Shown one piece after another: positions 1-12,054 of a stretch of DNA of 37,503 bases (position 1 is the first letter of the stretch; every line of letters starts with the position of its first letter). A program made the position numbers and the translations under genes. The stretch comes from Nemertoderma westbladi (Eukaryota; Animalia; Xenacoelomorpha), in contig JAUCBJ010001466.1 of NCBI GenBank assembly GCA_032718475.1, positions 1-37,503 on the forward strand, read 5' to 3'. A model generated the notes under the pieces. That model searched no databases. It was not told the DNA's origin and worked only from the letters and a program-made list of their open reading frames with translations.

Positions 1-3000
1 CCGGCACTGTTTGTGGCTGATCGAGAGATATGGGGGCGCTATGCTGCTGGGTCCGCCGGCACTGTTTGTGGCTGATCGAGAGATCTGGGGTCGCTATGTT
101 GCTGGGTCCGCCGGCACTGTGTGGCTGATCGAGAGATATGGGGTCGCTATGTTGCTGGGTCCGCCGGAACTGTTTGTGGCTGATCGAGAGATCTGGGGTC
201 GCTATGTTGCTGGGTCCGCCGGCACTGTTTGTGGCTGATCGAGAGATCTGGGGTCGCTATGTTGCTGGGTCCGCCGGCACTGTGTGGCTGATCGAGAGAT
301 ATGGGGTCGCTATGTTGCTGGGTCCGCCGGCACTGTGTATGGCTGATCGAGAGATATGGGGTCGCTATGTTGCTGGGTCCGCCGGCACTGTTTGTGGCTG
401 ATCGAGAGATCTGGGGTCGCTATGTTGCTGGGTCCGCCGGCACTGTGTGTGGCTGATCGAGAGATCTGGGGGCGCTATGCTGCTGGGTCCGCCGGCACTG
501 TGTATGGCTGATCGAGAGATATGGGGTCGCTATGTTGCTGGGTCCGCCGGCACTGTGTATGGCTGATCGAGAGATATGGGGTCGCTATGTTGCTGGGTCC
601 GCCGGCACTGTTTGTGGCTGATCGAGAGATCTGGGGTCGCTATGTTGCTGGGTCCGCCGGCACTGTGTGGCTGATCGAGAGATCTGGGGTCGCTATGTTG
701 CTGGGTCCGCCGGCACTGTGTATGGCTGATCGAGAGATCTGGGGTCGCTATGTTGCTGGGTCCGCCGGCACTGTTTGTGGCTGATCGAGAGATCTGGGGT
801 CGCTATGTTGCTGGGTCCGCCGGCACTGTGTGTGGCTGATCGAGAGATCTGGGGGCGCTATGTTGCTGGGTCCGCCGGCATTGTTTGTGGCTGACCGCGA
901 GATATGGGGGCGCTATGCTGCTGGGTCCGCCGGCACTGTTTGTGGCTGATCGAGAGATCTGGGGTCGCTATGTTGCTGGGTCCGCCGGCACTGTGTATGG
1001 CTGATCGAGAGATCTGGGGGCGCTATGTTGCTGGGTCCGCCGGCACTGTTTGTGGCTGACCGCGAGATATGGGGGCGCTATGTTGCTGGGTCCGCCGGCA
1101 CTGTGTGGCTGATCGAGAGATATGGGGTCGCTATGTTGCTGGGTCCGCCGGCACTGTGTGTGGCTGATCGAGAGATATGGGGGCGCTATGTTGCTGGGTC
1201 CGCCGGCATTGTTTGTGGCTGATCGAGAGATATGGGGGCGCTATGCTGCTGGGTCCGCCGGCACTGTGTATGGCTGATCGAGAGATATGGGGGCGCTATG
1301 CTGCTGGGTCCGCCGGCACTGTGTATGGCTGATCGAGAGATCTGGGGTCGCTATGTTGCTGGGTCCGCCGGCACTGTGTATGGCTGATCGAGAGATCTGG
1401 GGTCGCTATGCTGCTGGGTCCGCCGGCACTGTGTATGGCTGATCGAGAGATATGGGGTCGCTATGCTGCTGGGTCCGCCGGCACTGTGTATGGCTGATCG
1501 AGAGATATGGGGTCGCTATGTTGCTGGGTCCGCCGGCACTGTGTATGGCTGACCGCGAGATATGGGGGCGCTATGCTGCTGGGTCCGCCGGCACTGTGTA
1601 TGGCTGACCGCGAGATCTGGGGGCGCTATGCTGCTGGGTCCGCCGGCACTGTGTATGGCTGATCGAGAGATATGGGGTCGCTATGCTGCTGGGTCCGCCG
1701 GCACTGTGTGTGGCTGATCGAGAGATATGGGGGCGCTATGCTGCTGGGTCCGCCGGCACTGTGTATGGCTGATCGAGAGATCTGGGGTCGCTATGTTGCT
1801 GGGTCCGCCGGCACTGTGTATGGCTGATCGAGAGATCTGGGGTCGCTATGTTGCTGGGTCCGCCGGCACTGTGTGGCTGATCGAGAGATCTGGGGTCGCT
1901 ATGTTGCTGGGTCCGCCGGCACTGTGTGTGGCTGATCGAGAGATCTGGGGTCGCTATGCTGCTGGGTCCGCCGGCACTGTTTGTGGCTGATCGAGAGATC
2001 TGGGGTCGCTATGTTGCTGGGTCCGCCGGCACTGTGTATGGCTGATCGAGAGATCTGGGGTCGCTATGTTGCTGGGTCCGCCGGCACTGTGTATGGCTGA
2101 TCGAGAGATCTGGGGTCGCTATGCTGCTGGGTCCGCCGGCACTGTTTGTGGCTGATCGAGAGATCTGGGGTCGCTATGTTGCTGGGTCCGCCGGCACTGT
2201 TTGTGGCTGATCGCGAGATCTGGGGTCGCTATGTTGCTGGGTCCGCCGGCACTGTGTATGGCTGATCGAGAGATATGGGGGCGCTATGTTGCTGGGTCCG
2301 CCGGCACTGTTTGTGGCTGATCGAGAGATCTGGGGTCGCTATGCTGCTGGGTCCGCCGGCACTGTTTGTGGCTGATCGAGAGATCTGGGGTCGCTATGTT
2401 GCTGGGTCCGCCGGCACTGTTTGTGGCTGATCGCGAGACCTGGGGTCGCTATGCTGCTGGGTCCGCCGGCACTGTGTATGGCTGATCGAGAGATATGGGG
2501 GCGCTATGCTGCTGGGTCCGCCGGCACTGTTTGTGGCTGATCGAGAGATCTGGGGTCGCTATGCTGCTGGGTCCGCCGGCACTGTGTATGGCTGATCGAG
2601 AGATATGGGGTCGCTATGTTGCTGGGTCCGCCGGCACTGTTTGTGGCTGATCGAGAGATATGGGGGCGCTATGTTGAACGTTGGGTCCGCCGGCACTGTT
2701 TGTGGCTGATCGCGAGACCTGGGGGCGCTATGCTGCTGGGTCCGCCGGCACTGTGTATGGCTGATCGAGAGATCTGGGGTCGCTATGTTGCTGGGTCCGC
2801 CGGCACTGTGTATGGCTGATCGAGAGATCTGGGGTCGCTATGTTGCTGGGTCCGCCGGCACTGTGTATGGCTGATCGAGAGATCTGGGGTCGCTATGCTG
2901 CTGGGTCCGCCGGCACTGTGTATGGCTGATCGAGAGATCTGGGGTCGCTATGCTGCTGGGTCCGCCGGCACTGTGTATGGCTGATCGAGAGATCTGGGGT

Positions 3001-6000
3001 CGCTATGTTGCTGGGTCTGCCGGCACTGTTTGTGGCTGAACGCGAGACCTGGGGGCGCTATGCTGCTGGGTCCGCCGGCACTGTGTATGGCTGATCGAGA
3101 GATATGGGGGCGCTATGTTGAACGTTGGGTCCGCCGGCACTGTTTGTGGCTGAACGCGAGACCTGGGGGCGCTATGCTGTTGGGTCCGCCGGCACTGTGT
3201 ATAGCTGATCGAGAGATCTGGGGTCGCTATGTTGCTGGGTCCGCCGGCACTGTGTATGGCTGATCGAGAGATCTGGGGTCGCTATGTTGCTGGGTCCGCC
3301 GGCACTGTGTATGGCTGATCGAGAGATATGGGGTCGCTATGTTGCTGGGTCCGCCGGCACTGTTTGTGGCTGATCGAGAGATATGGGGTCGCTATGTTGC
3401 TGGGTCCGCCGGCACTGTGTATGGCTGATCGAGAGATCTGGGGTCGCTATGTTGCTGGGTCCGCCGGCACTGTTTGTGGCTGATCGAGAGATCTGGGGTC
3501 GCTATGTTGCTGGGTCCGCCGGCACTGTTTGTGGCTGATCGAGAGATCTGGGGTCGCTATGTTGCTGGGTCCGCCGGCACTGTGTATGGCTGATCGAGAG
3601 ATCTGGGGTCGCTATGTTGCTGGGTCCGCCGGCACTGTGTATGGCTGATCGAGAGATCTGGGGGCGCTATGCTGCTGGGTCCGCCGGCACTGTATGGCTG
3701 ATCGAGAGATCTGGGGGCGCTATGTTGCTGGGTCCGCCGGCACTGTTTGTGGCTGATCGAGAGATCTGGGGTCGCTATGTTGCTGGGTCCGCCGGCACTG
3801 TGTGTGGCTGATCGAGAGATATGGGGGCGCTATGTTGCTGGGTCCGCCGGCACTGTGTATGGCTGACGCGAGACCTGGGGGCGCTATGCTGCTGGGTCCG
3901 CCGGCACTGTATGGCTGATCGAGAGATCTGGGGTCGCTATGTTGCTGGGTCGGCCGGCACTGTGTGTGGCTGATCGAGAGATATGGGGTCGCTATGCTGC
4001 TGGGTCCGCCGGCACTGTGTGTGGCTGATCGAGAGATATGGGGTCGCTATGCTGCTGGGTCCGCCGGCACTGTGTGTGGCTGATCGAGAGATATGGGGTC
4101 GCTATGCTGCTGGGTCCGCCGGCACTGTGATGGCTGATCGAGAGATCTGGGGGCGCTATGTTGCTGGGTCCGCCGGCACTGTTTGTGGCTGATCGAGAGA
4201 TATGGGGTCGCTATGCTGCTGGGTCGGCCGGCACTGTGTGTGGCTGATCGAGAGATATGGGGTCGCTATGCTGCTGGGTCCGCCGGCACTGTGATGGCTG
4301 ATCGAGAGATATGGGGTCGCTATGTTGCTGGGTCCGCCGGCACTGTGTGTGGCTGATCGAGAGATATGGGGTCGCTATGCTGCTGGGTCCGCCGGCACTG
4401 TATGGCTGATCGAGAGATCTGGGGGCGCTATGTTGCTGGGTCCGCCGGCACTGTTTGTGGCTGATCGAGAGATATGGGGTCGCTATGCTGCTGGGTCCGC
4501 CGGCACTGTGTGTGGCTGATCGAGAGATATGGGGTCGCTATGCTGCTGGGTCCGCCGGCACTGTTTGTGGCTGATCGAGAGATATGGGGTCGCTATGTTG
4601 CTGGGTCCGCCGGCACTGTGTGTGGCTGATCGAGAGATATGGGGTCGCTATGCTGCTGGGTCCGCCGGCACTGTATGGCTGATCGAGAGATCTGGGGGCG
4701 CTATGCTGCTGGGTCCGCCGGCACTGTGTATGGCTGATCGAGAGATATGGGGTCGCTATGCTGCTGGGTCCGCCGGCACTGTTTGTGGCTGATCGAGAGA
4801 TCTGGGGGCGCTATGTTGCTGGGTCCGCCGGCACTGTTTGTGGCTGATCGAGAGATCTGGGGTCGCTATGTTGCTGGGTCCGCCGGCACTGTGTGTGGCT
4901 GATCGAGAGATATGGGGTCGCTATGCTGCTGGGTCCGCCGGCACTGTTATGGCTGATCGAGAGATCTGGGGGCGCTATGCTGCTGGGTCCGCCGGCACTG
5001 TGTATGGCTGATCGAGAGATATGGGGTCGCTATGCTGCTGGGTCCGCCGGCACTGTGTATGGCTTATCGAGAGATCTGGGGTCGCTATGTTGCTGGGTCC
5101 GCCGGCACTGTGTATGGCTGATCGAGAGATCTGGGGTCGCTATGTTGCTGGGTCCGCCGGCACTGTGTATGGCTGAACGCGAGACCTGGGGGCGCCATGC
5201 TGTTGGGTCCGCCGGCACTGTATGGCTGATCGAGAGATCTGGGGGCGCTATGTTGCTGGGTCCGCCGGCACTGTTTGTGGCTGATCGAGAGATCTGGGGT
5301 CGCTATGTTGCTGGGTCGGCCGGCACTGTATGTGGCTGATCGAGAGATATGGGGGCGCTATGTTGCTGGGTCCGCCGGCACTGTGTATGGCTGAACGCGA
5401 GACCTGGGGGCGCCATGCTGTTGGGTCCGCCGGCACTGTATGGCTGATCGAGAGATCTGGGGGCGCTATGTTGCTGGGTCCGCCGGCACTGTTTGTGGCT
5501 GATCGAGAGATCTGGGGTCGCTATGTTGCTGGGTCCGCCGGCACTGTGTGTGGCTGATCGAGAGATATGGGGTCGCTATGCTGCTGGGTCCGCCGGCACT
5601 GTGTGTGGCTGATCGAGAGATATGGGGTCGCTATGCTGCTGGGTCCGCCGGCACTGTGTGTGGCTGATCGAGAGATATGGGGTCGCTATGCTGCTGGGTC
5701 CGCCGGCACTGTTATGGCTGATCGAGAGATCTGGGGGCGCTATGTTGCTGGGTCCGCCGGCACTGTTTGTGGCTGATCGAGAGATATGGGGTCGCTATGC
5801 TGCTGGGTCCGCCGGCACTGTGTGTGGCTGATCGAGAGATATGGGGTCGCTATGTTGCTGGGTCCGCCGGCACTGTTTGTGGCTGATCGAGAGATCTGGG
5901 GTCGCTATGTTGCTGGGTCCGCCGGCACTGTTTGTGGCTGATCGAGAGATCTGGGGTCGCTATGTTGCTGGGTCCGCCGGCACTGTGTGTGGCTGATCGA

Positions 6001-6992
6001 GAGATATGGGGTCGCTATGTTGCTGGGTCCGCCGGCACTGTTTGTGGCTGATCGAGAGATCTGGGGTCGCTATGTTGCTGGGTCCGCCGGCACTGTGTGT
6101 GGCTGATCGAGAGATCTGGGGGCGCTATGTTGCTGGGTCCGCCGGCACTGTTTGTGGCTGATCGAGAGATCTGGGGTCGCTATGTTGCTGGGTCCGCCGG
6201 CACTGTGTATGGCTGATCGAGAGATCTGGGGTCGCTATGCTGCTGGGTCCGCCGGCACTGTGTATGGCTGAACGCGAGACCTGGGGGCGCTATGTTGGTG
6301 GGTCCGCCGGAACTGTTTGTGGCTGAACGCGAGACCTGGGGTCGCTATGTTGCTGGGTCCGCCGGCATTGTGTATGGTTGACCGCGAGGTATGGGGGCGC
6401 TATGTTGCTGGGTCTGTCGGCACTGTGTATGGCTTATCGAGAGATCTGGGGTCGCTATGTTGCTGGGTCCGCCGGCATTGTTTATGGCTGAACGCGAGAC
6501 CTGGGGTCGCTATGTTGCTGGGTCCGCCGGCACTGTGTATGGCTGATCGAGAGATATGGGGGCGCTATGTTGCTGGGTCTGTCGGCACTGTTTGTGGCTG
6601 ATCGAGAGATCTGGGGTCGCTATGTTGCTGGGTCCGCCGGCACTGTGTATGGCTGATCGAGAGATATGGGGGCGCTATGTTGCTGGGTCTGTCGGCACTG
6701 TGTATGGCTTATCGAGAGATCTGGGGTCGCTATGTTGCTGGGTCCGCCGGCATTGTGTATGGTTGACCGCGAGATATGGGGGCGCTATGTTGCTGGGTCT
6801 GTCGGCACTGTGTGTGGCTGAACGCGAGACCTGGGGTCGCTATGTTGCTGGGTCCGCCGGCATTGTGTATGGTTGACCGCGAGATATGGGGGCGCTATGT
6901 TGCTGGGTCTGTCGGCACTGTGTGTGGCTGAACGCGAGATCTGGGGTCGCTATGTTGCTGGGTCTGTCGGCACTGTGTGTGGCTGACCGTGA
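1..6992. repeat. GC-rich 55-bp tandem satellite (roughly 125 units in the window, probably continues to the left)
   Basis: Unit ccggcactgt(t/g)t(g/a)tggctgatcgagagat(a/c)tgggg(t/g)cgctatg(t/c)tgctgggtccg repeats head to tail, with occasional 53/54-bp and 59-bp (atgttgaacgttggg) variants. The ORFs listed here are read-throughs of the repeat. Confidence 0.98.
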
Positions 6993-7200
6993 GTTATAAC
7001 TAGTTACTACAACTACCACATAGACACGAAGTGGGGCCTATAAGCAATTTCCGGCAGACTGGGTAACTGCAGGTTAACACAACTCAGTATGAGGTCTGCA
7101 GTAGAATATATGTAAGTACTACCAGGTATTAATCAAGAAGAAATTATTATAAATAATCATACGAAATGATACAGACACAAATAATGAAATGAAAGAAGGT

Positions 7201-7385
7201 TTTCACTTTCAGACATTTCGCCCTCTGGCGGTAAACTTTAGAAATGTAGATGGATCAGCGTCCCCCACGCCCACAATGACGGAGCCGGGGTTGTGTTACG
7301 ATTCAGTTTAAGCGGAATGAAATCAAGGAAACGGGAGAAGAAGGATTTTAATTTTCGACATTTCGCCCTCTAGCGGTAGACTGGA
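7201..7385 (-). promoter_or_regulatory. Pair of CTCF-like motifs inside a short dispersed repeat
   Basis: gacatttcgccctctggcgg (core 7219-7231) and gacatttcgccctctagcgg (core 7364-7376). The reverse complement ccgc(c/t)agagggcg resembles the CTCF core CCASYAGRKGGCR. A third related copy lies at 24672-24712. Confidence 0.4.
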
Positions 7386-7926
7386 CATTTTTATTGCGAC
7401 GTAAGAGCCTACCTAAAGTGTCAGTTTGCTAAGGCTCCGCCAAAATCTAAATTCGAATTCTAGTTGTGATATTGCAGACAAGGTGTATGAACTCTATTGC
7501 AGACACAAAATAGATCATTTGAGGCTGTTCATCACGAATATGGGACAGTCTAACCTTACTTCGTGGTTCGCCCCATATTCTCCGCCATTAAAATTTACTC
7601 CAAATACACACTTTCTGCAGATAAAAACAAGAACAATTTTAAATTTCATTTTTTTCAATTCAAATATGGATAACCTTAAAATTTCCAAAACTACCAAATG
7701 AGTCACTGAAGTCCGTCTCACTTATAAAACCGTTGATCAGGAAGCAGAAACAACGTCTCAGTCTCGGCAGACTTCTCAAGAATAAACGGCCACAGCGTTT
7801 TAGAACTGATAAGTAACATGGTGATGGTGCAGGGAGGTGTGCTGGTGAACAGAGATTGAGATTATCGCCGCACTAAACTATACCGCTCTATATCTCGTAA
7901 TCGCATAGCAATTACACTGAAATGTA

Positions 7927-8146
7927 ATATTATTTCAGTTAAGAGGGTCTTCAGCACCGGCTATACAAGAAAAATGGTTTATTTTTCACACGATAGCTTG
8001 TTCACCCTAGTAGGACTTTACAATTTTATTTAATTTAAAAATATTAAACACCTGAAGAGCCTCTGTGAGGTAAAAAAGCTATCGTGTGAAATAAACCATT
8101 TTTCTTGTATAGCCGGTGGTGAAGACCGTCTTAACTGAATTAATAT
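7927..8146 (+). mobile_element. Penelope-like hairpin relic: ~72-bp inverted arms with a degenerate minimal hammerhead ribozyme
   Basis: Arms 7927-7999 and 8076-8146 are near-perfect reverse complements. 8047-8087 reads acac-CTGAAGA-gcctc tgt gaggt-AAAA-aagcta-TC-gtgt: stems I and II intact, GAAA changed to AAAA. Confidence 0.65.
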
Positions 8147-8482
8147 GTCTTATACACCCCGAAAGACGGCGTTCAATGTAGCAAACTTACTGGAATGTAA
8201 AGAATACTTAATAACTAAATAGAAGTTTAAACAACAGAGCTGTATATTTCCAATTCATTATTATTCGTAATCAAGAATCTATAAAATACAATATATTCCG
8301 CTAATCCGAATCAATTAATTATATATATAATATATACATACAAGCAAAATGGAATGATTAAATAGGTTATATGGAATAACAATAAACAGGGGAATAAACT
8401 CTACTGACGAACAAAAAGCACAGTTTCATAAAGGTTAATAAAGTAATACTAGTAAGTAATAATAAAGTCGTTGATACAGTGG

Positions 8483-8722
8483 CTGTCAATGATTTAGCCA
8501 CTATTGGGCCAACTGTCAATGATTTAGCCATTATTGGGCCAATTGTCAATGATTTAGCCACTATTGGGCCAACTGTCAATGATTTAGCCATTATTGGGCC
8601 AACTGTCAATGATTTAGCCACTATTGGGCCAACTGTCAATGATTTAGCCATTATTGGGCCAACTGTCAATGATTTAGCCATTATTGGGCCAACTGTCAAT
8701 GATTTAGCCATTATTGGGCCAA
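8483..8722. repeat. 30-bp minisatellite, 8 copies
   Basis: Unit actgtcaatgatttagcca(c/t)tattgggcca; near-identical copies. Confidence 0.97.
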
Positions 8723-9269
8723 AATAACTTTATTATAAGAAAATACATACCAGATTACCAAGAGATAGTAGGTTGAGGTTGTGTTATTGTTATAATCAAA
8801 ACAATAAATTTAAATATGCATCACATAATGAAGTGATTTTAGATAGCTTACCATATTTACTGACATTGAGTACTTTATCAGGACAAAATCACTGGTTAGC
8901 TGTATATAATGAACCAATACTAAATGGGAATTAAATTAGAAATACTTTTCTAAATAACTTAATACAATAGATCTCTTACAACTATTCTATATAAGACTTG
9001 GGTTTGTTTTAGTATGACTGACTAACGTTAACGACTGATTTTATATTCAGATTAACTTCAGTTCAGTTTATTAAATATTGGCATTATAAATAATTAATGA
9101 TTTTAGATTTACTAGACATGTAATATAAAATCCAACAACGCGATAGTGTGCTACCATCATGGTAGCATCTCTGGCCTGATTGAGTGTCGGTTAACAATAT
9201 ATTTGTGCCACACCATGCAGCAATTCACAATCAACATGCTGTAAAGCAGTTTGAATTAAGAATGATATT

Positions 9270-9792
9270 CCGGCTTATCGAGAAAATTGCTCCGCCACAA
9301 CTCCCTATCACCCATGACATTTGCTAGATCATCCGCATCTTCAAGGCCGGTGTCCTTTAAGATGCGTCTCAAGAACGTCATGGGCTGTCCACAGTGCTTA
9401 TTTTCTCCGGTGAATCATAGCATTGATCTGATTGCTGCAATAATTTCATCAGGAATCCCATATAATGAAAGTATGCTGAACATACGTGAGCGAGAGACTG
9501 AATCAAAGGCCTTGAAGAAGTCAACAAAGATAACAGCCAGATGCCTGTCTTTCTTTTTTGATAATTCTTCAATTATCCTTCTAAGTGCCAAAATGGGCTC
9601 CATGGTCCCACGACCTTTACGGAACCCATTCTGATTTCCACAGAGTAGTCTCTCAATGGGATCCCTGATGCGATTTAATAGAATCCTATTGTATAGTTTT
9701 GCAGCAATCGAGATCAATGAGACTCCCCGAAAAGAACCATATAGTGTTAGGTTGCCCTTCTTGGGAACTGGCACCAACTTATTTGTTTTCAT
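9270..9792 (-). mobile_element. RTE-clade LINE fragment, internally deleted
   Basis: RT N-terminal motifs (LVPVPKKG, FRGVSL, QNGFRKGR, FVDFFKAFDSV) are joined at about 9415 directly to an RTE-type C-terminus (GQPMTFLRRILKDTG...MGDRELWR). The YADD region is missing. Confidence 0.85.
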
Positions 9793-10200
9793 TTCTGTGT
9801 CGTTCTGTACAATTCCTAGTCGGACGATATCCCGGGATACCTACAATATCCGGTTGGATATGACAGACAGACAGACAGACAGAAAAAAGTATAAAATGAA
9901 AGTACTGAAAATTATTATATTATTAAATAATATTATTATTGTAAGCAATACAAATGGTTTTTTAAATTGGACTTTTTAATGTAATTGGATCTTTCAAATA
10001 TCGATAGCTAATGTTTTCTTTATTACCGGTAAATAAAGTGTTGTTTATTGAAGCTGCCTTGTGATTATTGTGTAATAGAATAGAAACCCCGAAAGTCTTA
10101 AACACAAAAACATCATGTTGGTTTTATTAAAATAAAAATCTTAAAAGGCTTATTTTAGTGACTTTATTTTGTATAAAATAAAAACTTTATCACAAAAACA

Positions 10201-10238
10201 ACCGACATTTCGACCGACACAGTCGGCATTATCGGGGT
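10201..10238 (-). other. Degenerate Penelope-type minimal hammerhead remnant
   Basis: Minus strand reads ccCCGATAAt-gccgac tgt gtcggt-cGAAAtgTCgg, matching the CTGATGA-stem II-GAAA-cgTC layout with core mutations; aataaa follows downstream. Confidence 0.4.
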
Positions 10239-10536
10239 CAGGAAGGATAGGGAGATTAACCTCACTCACCATAGCGCAGTGAAACTCATTACCCGGTTGG
10301 AATGCAGAATATTAATTAATTAATTAGTTACAGGAGACAGAATATTAGTAGATAAATCGTCTACAGATGGGCATATTAATTAAACGAAAAACTCAAACTA
10401 ATCGGACTAATCGCACACACCGCAAAACCCGCAAGTATCACAAGCAAAGCCAATGTTATAAATCGTAAAAAGGATCGCTTGCATAACATTGGGTGTCCCG
10501 GGATTGTTGTATCTAATAAATAAAGCACCAAACCGT

Positions 10537-12054
10537 TCAGGAATGCGACTCAACCCCCAAGTAGAGCAGGTTGGAGACGTCGTGTTGCAGTTTAACCCGC
10601 AACTCTCTCTCCGCTTCCAACTCCGATCGCAACTCAGTTACATCCCGTTTATAATCCTCCCGTAACTGATCCACAACCTCGGACAGATAGCGGACGTCAG
10701 TCTGTAGCTTCGCGACCACTTCCATGTAATTGGATTGAGTTACCGCGACCTCCTTTACTTTAGTGTCGGCGGGGAGCGTGCTGGATTTCTTCTTGAGTAA
10801 ATCCGCGGAGGGCATACGGAGTTTCCGAGTGAGGGAACTCATCTTGGTGGACTTGGGGGACGCGGGAGTGTCCGGGAATGGGTCCGCGGCCTTGGGGCGG
10901 GATTGGGGGGAGGAGGGGGTGTCTAGGGAGGTGGAAGTAGGGAGGCGGGGCTTCGTGTCTGAGGGGAGGAGCGGTTGGGTCCCAGGGAGGAGAGGAAGAG
11001 CCCCAGGGAGGAGCGACGGGGGTGCCGGAACAGGCGGCTTCTTCCCCGGGGGTTTAGGTACTATAGGGACGCGTTTCTGTGGGACTGCCGCGGGTCTGAT
11101 GGCCTCGGGGGGGACGACGGGGACCTCCGAGGGTTTCAGGAGTTTACTCGGCGGCCGACGGTTCCGAACCCGGGGACGGGACGCCGTCAGGTGCGTCAGC
11201 TTTTCGCAGGAGGATTCCAACGGCAGGTTATCCACTTTCTCATTGACGGGAAGAAGCGGTTCCTTAGTCGTCGAGGGTTTGGCCGCGGGAGGAGGCCGCG
11301 CGGGTTTCTCACGCGGCGACTCGCCGCTCGCTGGGGGCCGCGCGGGTTTCTCGCCGCTCGCTGGCGGCCGCGCTGGTTTCTCCGCGACTTTCCGATTATT
11401 CGCATCGTACATACCCGGTAGCCGATGCCCCTTCCCCAACCCACTCGGTCTCACTCCCTCCGACTTATCCACGCTCGCGATAATATCCGGTTTGCCCCCG
11501 ACTTCGCCACCCCCGGCCGGCCAACTCGTTTTCTCCTCAGCTAAAGGCTGAGATTTAGATTTAGGGATTCCGGGGACTTTCTTACTCTTCATCGGGGCTA
11601 ATTCCTCCACGAAGTTGTTTGGGAAGACGCCGACGTTGCCCTTGTTCTTCCCGTACCACCAGCCGACGTCACCGCCGGCCGATTTATCGATCTCCTCGAC
11701 GATGTCCCCGATCGATAAGCTCAACTCGTCACTGTTTATCGCGAGATAACCGAAGATTACGCGGGCTCTCGTTGTTTCCTGTGGGGGATTGTTTTCCTTT
11801 AATTTAACTCGCGATTCGTTTTTCGGTTTGTTGGAATGTGCCACGCTGGGTTTGTCACTCTCTTCCGTTTGAATGAGTTTAACGAAATTGTCAGGAAAAG
11901 CGCCGTATTTCCCATTGAATTGGCCCTCCATCCAGCCGTCTTCGAGCTGCTTACAATTGGTAATGCGGTCGCCAATGCGGATGGTTAGTTCGTCTGGTTT
12001 ATCAGCCACATAGTCAAACTGTACAACGGCAATCATATTGTTAGAAGTCGCCAT
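10537..12054 (-). CDS. SH3KBP1: CIN85/CD2AP (cindr)-like SH3 adaptor protein, single-exon ORF of 505 aa
   Basis: Two N-terminal SH3 domains (FDY...DEL...GWMEG...GAFPDNFV; FGY...DEL...GWWYG...GVFPNNFV), a long proline-rich region, a capping-protein interaction (CPI) motif KLTHLTASRPRVRNRRPPS and a C-terminal coiled coil (LRSELEAERELRVKLQ). Uninterrupted ATG-to-TGA frame. SH3KBP1 versus CD2AP cannot be distinguished here. Confidence 0.9.
   Translation of the reverse strand: MATSNNMIAVVQFDYVADKPDELTIRIGDRITNCKQLEDGWMEGQFNGKYGAFPDNFVKLIQTEESDKPSVAHSNKPKNESRVKLKENNPPQETTRARVIFGYLAINSDELSLSIGDIVEEIDKSAGGDVGWWYGKNKGNVGVFPNNFVEELAPMKSKKVPGIPKSKSQPLAEEKTSWPAGGGEVGGKPDIIASVDKSEGVRPSGLGKGHRLPGMYDANNRKVAEKPARPPASGEKPARPPASGESPREKPARPPPAAKPSTTKEPLLPVNEKVDNLPLESSCEKLTHLTASRPRVRNRRPPSKLLKPSEVPVVPPEAIRPAAVPQKRVPIVPKPPGKKPPVPAPPSLLPGALPLLPGTQPLLPSDTKPRLPTSTSLDTPSSPQSRPKAADPFPDTPASPKSTKMSSLTRKLRMPSADLLKKKSSTLPADTKVKEVAVTQSNYMEVVAKLQTDVRYLSEVVDQLREDYKRDVTELRSELEAERELRVKLQHDVSNLLYLGVESHS

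Noticed and set aside
11-6876. Many short ORFs in the satellite
   Set aside because: They arise from the 55-bp period and 53-bp variants shifting frames; the peptides only repeat the unit.
1-6992. Satellite as a CRISPR array or hammerhead satellite
   Set aside because: No unique spacers and no cas genes; CTGATCGA is not a CTGANGA core and there is no GAAA.
8367-8727. Repeat-protein ORFs on both strands
   Set aside because: A 30-bp unit without stops gives open frames by chance; there is no flanking gene structure.
10763-11807. Antisense and alternate-frame ORFs over the SH3 gene
   Set aside because: Shadow frames of a GC-rich, proline-rich CDS.
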